Source: Candidatus Saccharimonadota bacterium (GTDB lineage Bacteria > Patescibacteriota > Saccharimonadia > Saccharimonadales > VXPC01). From it: a DNA stretch of 34,866 bases. Positions 28,046 through 34,866 of the stretch are shown piece by piece. The notes beneath the pieces were generated by a model. That model made no database searches and was not told the origin of the DNA. It was given only the letters and a program-made list of their open reading frames with translations. The stretch's first letter is position 1, and each line of letters opens with the position of its first letter. The stretch is taken from positions 1 through 34,866 of the forward strand of contig JAPOWB010000004.1 in the NCBI GenBank assembly GCA_026707815.1, in the 5' to 3' direction. A program made the translations under genes and the position numbers.

Positions 28046-29179
28046 ATGCAAGATTCCATCCAAACAAAGTATCATAAGCAAGGTGTCTCATCTGTGAATC
28101 ATATTATTCTTGATGAAACACCTACAACTCGTCTAATCTTTTATCCCAAAGTACACGATAGCGGCGTGAGAGGAGATATAGTGCGCCAAAAAATCGGTTC
28201 TGATGGGCAATGGAAAGACAGAAACGACATTGATTTCAGATCATTAGAGGCAGACAAGGGTGTCAAAATTCCAATTAGCACCAAGGCGACTGATTTATTA
28301 TTTAACAAGCTTAGATCTTTATATGAAATTGTTAAAAAAGGAGCGCCTCGCTCTAACAAAGAACTTATAGTTACAGAATCAGATAAAGCTTTGACTATAG
28401 ATGACAGAAATAAACAAAGAATTCTTCAGCAAATTATAAATCAAAATTATTCTGAGTCATTTTGGGAGGAATTATCAAAAACAAGTCCTAAGCTTGCGAC
28501 GCAATTCTCTATAGATCGAATCCAATTAGATAGACAAGAAGTAATTAAAGAGTTCAAAACATCATTAATTCAGCATGCTAATGAAGAAAAATATTGGCAA
28601 AAATTTTTTGAGGATAATCCTTGGATGCTACAAGTAGCATTTGGGGCTTCTATATTTATGTTGGCGGGGGAAACATATTTAGGTGGTAAATCAACTAAAG
28701 GCAAGCAGGGGCGTGGTGGCGTCTCAACTGATTTTCTTTTCGCTGATGAAAGTACTAAAAGCTTTGCAGTTATGGAAATCAAAAAACCAAAATCTAGTTT
28801 AATGTTAAAATCTGCATATCGAGGCAAACTAGGCTCTAATCTCAAAAATGAAATTTATAGTTTAGGTTCTGAGCTTTCAGGAGCCATTGTTCAGGCACAA
28901 AGCCAATTAACAGTGGCAATCGAAAATTTTCAATCTTTATTAGGAGATAATGCTGAATTTTCTTACAAGATTAATCTTATAGATCCTAAAGCTATTCTAG
29001 TTATTGGCATGTCAGGTGAATTACAGCAACAAAGACAAAAAGATTCGTTTAATCAATTTCGTTCAGGGCTTCATAGCCCAATAATAGTTACTTTTGATGA
29101 ACTATATCATAGGTTAAGTCAAATATATGGAATCAGTTCTCAGGATGAAGATATAGACTCAAATGATATGCCCTTTTAA
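28046..29179 (+). CDS. sduA: Shedu anti-phage nuclease (DUF4263)
   Basis: EKYWQKFFEDNPWML, TDFL, MEIKKP, ELSGAIVQ, ILVIG, IVTFDEL. Confidence 0.88.
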   Translation: MQDSIQTKYHKQGVSSVNHIILDETPTTRLIFYPKVHDSGVRGDIVRQKIGSDGQWKDRNDIDFRSLEADKGVKIPISTKATDLLFNKLRSLYEIVKKGAPRSNKELIVTESDKALTIDDRNKQRILQQIINQNYSESFWEELSKTSPKLATQFSIDRIQLDRQEVIKEFKTSLIQHANEEKYWQKFFEDNPWMLQVAFGASIFMLAGETYLGGKSTKGKQGRGGVSTDFLFADESTKSFAVMEIKKPKSSLMLKSAYRGKLGSNLKNEIYSLGSELSGAIVQAQSQLTVAIENFQSLLGDNAEFSYKINLIDPKAILVIGMSGELQQQRQKDSFNQFRSGLHSPIIVTFDELYHRLSQIYGISSQDEDIDSNDMPF

Positions 29180-29193
29180 TTATAATCATTGAT

Positions 29194-29502
29194 ATGGCTA
29201 GAAGATACAATAAACGAAGCAATTATCATAGAATCAAGAAGAATTATAAACGACATAGAAACAGTAGGCAAAAGGATAATTTAGAAGACTTTCTATCTAA
29301 TAAAGATGTTTTAGTATTCATATCTAAAATTATAATTACTATACTTCTCATTATTACTGTAGTCGGGGGTGTTTTGTTCGCTGTTTATAAAATTTGGCAT
29401 CAAGCCGAATGGCTTAAATTAACAAAGATTATCTTAACGGCAGTTACTGTGCTGGCTGGTGCTAGCATTTTATACGGAGCATACCATTTTTTGATTAGTT
29501 GA
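29194..29502 (+). CDS. Small two-TM protein with basic N-terminus
   Basis: 14 bp downstream of sduA; two hydrophobic helices. Confidence 0.6.
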   Translation: MARRYNKRSNYHRIKKNYKRHRNSRQKDNLEDFLSNKDVLVFISKIIITILLIITVVGGVLFAVYKIWHQAEWLKLTKIILTAVTVLAGASILYGAYHFLIS

Positions 29503-29580
29503 TTAATATAATGATTTGTTAACATATCATGCTAGTTTAATGCTTCAGAAATTTATTAATTTGCTAGAATATTAAGTGTA

Positions 29581-30168
29581 ATGAAAATAGAAAAGTATAC
29601 AGTTAATCTAGATGGCAATGATTTAGTCATTAAAGTTGCTCATCTAGATCAGAGTGATGGTCAAATCTTTAAAGAATTATTTGATTTATGGAAGAAGCTC
29701 AACGACGGACTTAAGCAATATGGTCGGATGGCGACCTTGCCAGAAGTCATCTCGGAAGGTATGTTTTGTGTTTTCACAGGTTCAGCGAGATATCAGGAAA
29801 GAGTTAGTGGCAAGAGTTCTGTATCTTTTGATGCTATTAATACGCAGAACAATCGTAAAGAACAAATTAAAGCTTCCAGCGTTGAAGAAGATCTAACTTC
29901 TTTCAGCCCGAATTCTAGCTGGGATGATTTGTATTTTATGGATTTTTATAACGGTGGTAAATTAGATGGTTCATTTAATTTATACCAAATCCCTGATCAA
30001 TATATTCGATCTATGAAAGTTAGTCAACAGCAAACTTTTAGAGACCAACAAGCTCAAGGCAGAAGACCAAGATTTAGTATTACCAAAGATATTATTAAGA
30101 AGTATGACTTGCAACCAATTGCAACTGACGTACGGGTTTGGCATTCTGATAATCAAAAGCCTGGGTAA
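29581..30168 (+). CDS. Type II restriction endonuclease, Bsp6I-like
   Basis: LPEVISE, QIKASS, DLTSF, QQAQGRRPRFSI; convergent with a C5 MTase. Confidence 0.8.
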   Translation: MKIEKYTVNLDGNDLVIKVAHLDQSDGQIFKELFDLWKKLNDGLKQYGRMATLPEVISEGMFCVFTGSARYQERVSGKSSVSFDAINTQNNRKEQIKASSVEEDLTSFSPNSSWDDLYFMDFYNGGKLDGSFNLYQIPDQYIRSMKVSQQQTFRDQQAQGRRPRFSITKDIIKKYDLQPIATDVRVWHSDNQKPG

Positions 30169-31093
30169 TTTGTCTAGCAACAGCCTGAATAACCGGCACA
30201 CTGACACTGTTACCAATCTTGTGATAAAGAACAGTATTACTTAATTCTTCAGGCAAAAGATAGCTATCATCAAAGCCTTGTAATCTAGCACATTCTCTAG
30301 GGGTTAATTTTCTTAGACCTCGTCCATCTTGAACAAGAGGGACATTATGTCCACCCGTTCCCATATTAGCTGTTAAAGTTGGACAAACACCTTTTTGGTT
30401 CTTTCTAATATATTTTCTCCGCCACTGGTAAACTTGTCCTTGCTTGAAAGGATAATCTTTTAAAGATTCAAATAAAGGCTTATCATTGTAATAGTATTTA
30501 TCATCAATATCTTGGGGGTCATCTAACATATCTTGAATGGTTTGAATTAGTGCAATTGGATTAGGAAAGATAAAATTATCGCAAAGCTTTGGATCCTTAA
30601 AACCAACTATGTAAATTCGCTCTCTATTTTGAGGCAGATTACCATACTCCATAGTATTCATCACTTGAGCTTGAAAATGATAGCCGACATCTCTTAAGGC
30701 TTGACTCATAATCCTAAAAGTTCTACCGCCATCATGACTTCTCATATTCTTCACATTTTCTAATAAAAACCCTAGAGGTTTTTTAACTTTTAAAATCTTA
30801 ATAATATTAAAAAATTGATTACCTCTCTCATCCTCTAAACCCTTCTGATAACCAGCAATGGAAAAAGCCTGGCAAGGAAAACCAGCTAATAAAAAATCAA
30901 AATCTGGTAAAGAGTGAGTCTTAATAGCTCCTATATCTCGTGTATCAAGTTGAGCTTCACTAAAATTAGCATCATAAATTAATTTACATCTTACATCGCA
31001 ATCATTAGCAAAGACTGTTTTAAAACCCAGTTGACTAAAACCTAATCTAATACCACCCATACCAGCGTATAAATCAATTGATTTTAAATCCAT
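30095..31093 (-). CDS. DNA (cytosine-5) methyltransferase
   Basis: DLYAGMGG, GFPCQAFS, ENVK, QNRERIY, LQGF, GNSV. Confidence 0.95.
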   Translation of the reverse strand: MDLKSIDLYAGMGGIRLGFSQLGFKTVFANDCDVRCKLIYDANFSEAQLDTRDIGAIKTHSLPDFDFLLAGFPCQAFSIAGYQKGLEDERGNQFFNIIKILKVKKPLGFLLENVKNMRSHDGGRTFRIMSQALRDVGYHFQAQVMNTMEYGNLPQNRERIYIVGFKDPKLCDNFIFPNPIALIQTIQDMLDDPQDIDDKYYYNDKPLFESLKDYPFKQGQVYQWRRKYIRKNQKGVCPTLTANMGTGGHNVPLVQDGRGLRKLTPRECARLQGFDDSYLLPEELSNTVLYHKIGNSVSVPVIQAVARQITQAFDYQNAKPVRQLQLVASHTS

Positions 31094-31159
31094 CGTAATC
31101 CCCTTAAATTACATTTCTATTTCAATTGTATCATTAATTTCATATTAGACATAAAACTA

Positions 31160-31189
31160 TTGACATTGTCCTTATAGGTATAGTAAAAT
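31160..31189 (+). promoter_or_regulatory. Candidate sigma70 promoter for the recombinase
   Basis: TTGACA(31160)-18 bp-TAAAAT(31184). Confidence 0.45.
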
Positions 31190-31321
31190 GTACTTAAAAG
31201 CATAGTTAACAAGGGTTTCGTGGGATGGTCAATAAAAGTAATCAAACTATCAATTTATCTCTAGAAGATAGATTAACTATCTTGGCTGAACTGTTCCTAG
31301 AAATTATTTTAGAGGAAGGTA

Positions 31322-33013
31322 ATGATAGCGACTGAATCAACTGCTAAAACTATTAATGCCGTCGGAGCTATCAGAGTTTCCAGCGTTAAACAGGGCTTGA
31401 AAGGTGATTCTCCCGAAGCTCAGAAAGAACAAATTGAACAATTTGCCCAAAACAAGGGTTTCAACATTAAGAAATTCTTTGTTTTCATGGAATCGGCATC
31501 TAAGGAGCAACAACCAATGCAGGAAGCTATAGATTATTGCAAAGATCCCAACAATCAAATTAGTCATTTTATTATTAAATCTATCGATAGATTTACTAGG
31601 GGTGGTTCACTGCCTTACGACTTGCTTAAAAACCAGCTAGAAGCTTCCAAAGTTAAACTAATAGATATCTACGGTATCATTGGCTCAAACCAAGTTAACA
31701 CATTGGAACATTTAGGAGTTGAATATGGGTGGAGTGTTTATTCTCCTTCCAAGAAATCTGAGATCTTAGAGGCTGAAAGATCGAAGGACGAGCTGCGAGA
31801 TATTATGACTCGCATGGTCGGAGCTGAAGTCCGTTATACTAGGCTTGGTTATTGGATGAGAAGACCGCCATATGGCTATGCCAGTCAAAAAAATCACACT
31901 GATCATGGCAAAAGAACTATCTTAGTTCCACATCCTAATGAATCCAAGTTTATTATTGAAATATTCCGACTTCGTTCTTTGGGTCAATACAGCGATAAGG
32001 AAATAGCCAACAAAATTAACGAAATGGGTTATTTAGGACGCATTAACCCATCTAACACTTTAAAACATACTTCCTTGAACGCTTCTAAAGTATGGCGAAT
32101 AGTCAGAAAACCTATTTACACCGGCATTAATAATGAAAAATGGACTAACAACCAACCGGTTAAATGCGTTTTTAAAGGATTAGTGTCTATTGAAACTTTC
32201 AATAAAGCTAATAAGGGCAGAAGAATTATCAGGGAATGCAATGGGGAAATTATAATCAAAGACACAAAAGCTGAGCGTTATTCAACTAGGCAAGGCACTA
32301 GAAGTCAGGATTTCCCTTACAAGCAATTTGTTATGTGTCCCAAATGTGAATTACCCCTTTCTGGTAGCTATTCAAGGGGTAAAAGTGGCAAGCGTTATCC
32401 CGCTTATCACTGCAATCGCCAAGGGCATTATTTCAGAGTCAGAAAAGAAAAATTGGAAGACAAAGTTCATCAACTCATCCTCTCGCTTCAACTATCTCCC
32501 AAACATGTAGATAAGCTAACTCACAGCCTAGAATCAGTTTTCAAGGTTATTGAACAGCAACATCAAGCTAAATTATCTAGCTTAGATGCACGAATCAGTT
32601 CAGTGGAAAATGAAATCAAAGCCATAGTCAATAAATTCAAAATTCTTACCAACCAATTTGCTATCAAACATTTGGAAAATGATTTGGAAGAATTGGAACA
32701 ACGATTGACTCTGCTAAAGAGTAAGAAGCTTGAGCTTGCCAAACAAAAACCCTTCAATTTAGGAGATTTTGCCACTAAGCTTAAACACGTTTTCGAACAC
32801 CTAGACAAGAGCTTCGTCCAACAGATGTCAGAGGCTAAGAAAGCCAAACTTTTCAGCTTGCTTTTCAACAAATTGCCGACTTACGACAAATTAGAGTTTC
32901 GAACACCCAAAGATCCAATTTTTACAGATGTAAATCCGTTATTTTCAATTAAAAATTCTAATTTATTACGTTTGGTGACCCCAGGGGGAATCGAACCCCC
33001 GTTTCCAGGATGA
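31322..33013 (+). CDS. Large serine recombinase (integrase)
   Basis: IRVSSVKQ catalytic Ser, IDRFTR, PPYGY, zinc ribbon CPKC...YHC, coiled coil; the last 13 codons are tRNA antisense. Confidence 0.93.
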   Translation: MIATESTAKTINAVGAIRVSSVKQGLKGDSPEAQKEQIEQFAQNKGFNIKKFFVFMESASKEQQPMQEAIDYCKDPNNQISHFIIKSIDRFTRGGSLPYDLLKNQLEASKVKLIDIYGIIGSNQVNTLEHLGVEYGWSVYSPSKKSEILEAERSKDELRDIMTRMVGAEVRYTRLGYWMRRPPYGYASQKNHTDHGKRTILVPHPNESKFIIEIFRLRSLGQYSDKEIANKINEMGYLGRINPSNTLKHTSLNASKVWRIVRKPIYTGINNEKWTNNQPVKCVFKGLVSIETFNKANKGRRIIRECNGEIIIKDTKAERYSTRQGTRSQDFPYKQFVMCPKCELPLSGSYSRGKSGKRYPAYHCNRQGHYFRVRKEKLEDKVHQLILSLQLSPKHVDKLTHSLESVFKVIEQQHQAKLSSLDARISSVENEIKAIVNKFKILTNQFAIKHLENDLEELEQRLTLLKSKKLELAKQKPFNLGDFATKLKHVFEHLDKSFVQQMSEAKKAKLFSLLFNKLPTYDKLEFRTPKDPIFTDVNPLFSIKNSNLLRLVTPGGIEPPFPG

Positions 33014-33047
33014 AAACCTGATGTCCTAACCACTAGACGATGGGGTC
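32973..33047 (-). tRNA. tRNA-Glu (TTC)
   Basis: GACCCCATCGTCTAGTGGTTAGGACATCAGGTTTTCATCCTGGAAACGGGGGTTCGATTCCCCCTGGGGTCACCA; cloverleaf, TTC anticodon, encoded CCA. Confidence 0.97.
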
Positions 33048-33106
33048 AAAAGTAGACTCAAATCAACTTTTTCATTTTATAAGAATAATTAGTCTCTGAC
33101 AAATGC

Positions 33107-33140
33107 AAAAAGCACTCCCTTTTTATTAGGAGTGCTTTTT
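33107..33140. terminator. Intrinsic terminator, potentially bidirectional
   Basis: AAAAAGCACTCC-loop-GGAGTGCTTTTT, downstream of gene 33224-34024. Confidence 0.75.
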
Positions 33141-33223
33141 GACTTATGGTAACACTTAAGCTATATCAGATTATTCAATCTTAATATTGCTCTTTCTCTG
33201 TAATTATTGAATAACAATTTCTC

Positions 33224-34024
33224 TTACTGAGAGTGACGATGAGCCATCGCTAACTGGCGATGAGCAATTGTCGCTACAGTAATCGTACCAATGATAAGTA
33301 AAGCTAGTGTTAAAGCTTGGCTTTGAGAACCAGTTTCAGTTAGTTCTGGAGGCATCTCTACCTCCTGCTCCTCTGCTTGTTCAATGACACTAACAGTCAA
33401 TTGAACATTGATGCGAGCTCGGTATTGCCAACAGCCGGGAACTATGCCCTCAGCTTCATCTGACTGATAACCTAACAAAGCACCATTTAAGATATTAGAA
33501 GCATCAAAGTTGAAATTACCAAGCGTTTTCAAAGCCGGAGCTTTGTGTCCAAAATCACTAACAGTCTTGTAAGCTACTTTAATTTGCTTACCTTCCTGAT
33601 TACAGGTAATGGTTACACCATCAGTAATCGGACTAGTTTGATCAGAATCAATACTGGCAACCACTGAATGCGATTGACCAACAGCACTTTCATCTATATC
33701 AAGAGCAATCTTGGTATTAGTTGCCACTCCAGGACCACTAAAGTCACTGTAGTTGGCTTCTTCAGAAGTTGAGTTATGAACATAAAGCCACAAATCAACA
33801 ACTTGACCGTCTTTACAGACTTCAATTTCGTTGCCTAGTTCACCCCGAGTTCCTAAACGCAAAAAATCCTGTTCAGATCCAACGCCATAATGAAGCTGAA
33901 CTGTTTCATAGGCATTAAAAATAGCAGTAGTTTTAGGATTGATTGCATTAACACCCGTAGCAATAGCTACAGATAATATTAAACCGGCGACAACTAAGCC
34001 ACTTAACTTAATTATCTTATTCAT
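33224..34024 (-). CDS. Secreted surface protein with LPxTG-like sorting signal
   Basis: Signal peptide; C-terminal LTETG followed by a TM helix and a basic tail. Confidence 0.75.
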   Translation of the reverse strand: MNKIIKLSGLVVAGLILSVAIATGVNAINPKTTAIFNAYETVQLHYGVGSEQDFLRLGTRGELGNEIEVCKDGQVVDLWLYVHNSTSEEANYSDFSGPGVATNTKIALDIDESAVGQSHSVVASIDSDQTSPITDGVTITCNQEGKQIKVAYKTVSDFGHKAPALKTLGNFNFDASNILNGALLGYQSDEAEGIVPGCWQYRARINVQLTVSVIEQAEEQEVEMPPELTETGSQSQALTLALLIIGTITVATIAHRQLAMAHRHSQ

Positions 34025-34413
34025 AGTAAAAATCTCCTTTCATTAAACTTTAATACATTAGTTTATCAGGTTTGAGCTTAAAAATACAATATAAGCATTT
34101 TCTAATTAGTCAATCATTAGATAACATTTTAGATGAGACTCATATTAAGATATATAGAGCATTCAAAAATTCTTGAATTAAACCTTCTAAATTTTAGGTA
34201 AATGTATTTTACAAACGTATATACAGCTTATCTAAAAGATACGATTTTAATTTTCTATAAAAGAAAATTGTCATCCAAATTGTAAAAATACATCGTTATT
34301 CATTATGAGTAAAATAATAAACAAGTTTTTAAGTCTTAATATTTTGCTTTTATTTTCAAAGGTGTAACTTCAATGTGTTACAGAAAATTTTTTCCAAAGA
34401 AAAAGAGTTTGAA

Positions 34414-34463
34414 GGTTGTTACCTCCCCCTCTCCGCCAATGGCGGAGAGGGGGGGCAACAACC
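34414..34463 (-). terminator. Strong GC-rich hairpin after the last gene
   Basis: CCCCCTCTCCGCC-AAT-GGCGGAGAGGGGG, extended by GGTTGTT/AACAACC. Confidence 0.65.
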
Positions 34464-34490
34464 CCGGATCCTCTGAGGAGGCTTTCTTCC

Positions 34491-34865
34491 TTAGAAGTCT
34501 GCCCCCGGATCCTCTGACTTGCAGTTGCCGAAGGGATCGGATGTCCCAGATGAACAGCCCCCAGACCCATCATCAGACGGACCTGGATCGATGGCTGGAC
34601 GCCCATCATCATCTTCATCGCCGTCAAGCGAATCAGGATTAATGGCTGGACGCCCATCATCATCACCAGATACTGGATCAGAATCCTGACCAGTTGGGTT
34701 GTCTCCACCACCACCGGTGGTGGATTCTTGCCCTACATCTGTAGATGTGTCTCTGGACTTGCAGTTGCCGAAGGGATCGACAACCGTCCCATCTGGGCAT
34801 TCTTCCGTTGGCTCGACAGGCTGGGCTTCAGTAGCAGGTTCGGGAGTGACCTCCATCTCCGGCTC
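34491..34865 (-). CDS. Partial acidic low-complexity repeat protein (5' end beyond the window)
   Basis: Frame open to the window edge; DPFGNCKS x2 (DNA repeat 34516/34756) and DDDGRPAI x2 (34591/34642). Confidence 0.65.
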   Translation of the reverse strand, partial: EPEMEVTPEPATEAQPVEPTEECPDGTVVDPFGNCKSRDTSTDVGQESTTGGGGDNPTGQDSDPVSGDDDGRPAINPDSLDGDEDDDGRPAIDPGPSDDGSGGCSSGTSDPFGNCKSEDPGADF

Positions 34866-34866
34866 A

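Larger units (their letters stand above)
10575..32987. mobile_element. ~22.4 kb integrative conjugative-like element in tRNA-Glu
   Basis: Serine recombinase overlapping the tRNA 3' end, T4SS cluster, defence cargo, degenerate left att. Confidence 0.75.

Noticed and set aside
10596-32906. Shared 10-mer TTTCGAACAC near both island ends as the att core
   Set aside because: Too short, and offset differently relative to the TGG junctions; at most an accessory site.
34370-34714. Overlapping ORFs 34370-34714 (-) and 34373-34642 (+)
   Set aside because: Alternative frames of a GC-rich repeat gene that run through its terminator hairpin.

Overview
AT-rich bacterial window; gene content (minimal VirB2/VirB6/PrgI/VirB4/VirD4 cluster, near-leaderless genes, LPxTG-like surface protein) suggests a Patescibacteria/Saccharibacteria host, which is my inference. 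The core is a ~22.4 kb ICE-like island (~10575-32987) integrated at the 3' end of tRNA-Glu(TTC) by a large serine recombinase whose reading frame runs across the att site. The island carries a minimal T4SS with no recognisable relaxase and several defence genes: an RloC-like ATPase/nuclease, a type I R-M system with poly-G tracts in both hsdS and hsdM, Shedu, and a Bsp6I-like type II R-M system. The left 10.5 kb looks like accumulated older mobile DNA: YD-like repeat paralogues with two dif-like sites, two VapBC pairs, IS30 and IS982 relics, a frameshifted zeta-toxin gene, relics of an earlier coupling protein and recombinase, and a GC-richer DUF3800-like + OLD-family cassette. All family assignments come from motif reading; no database search was run.
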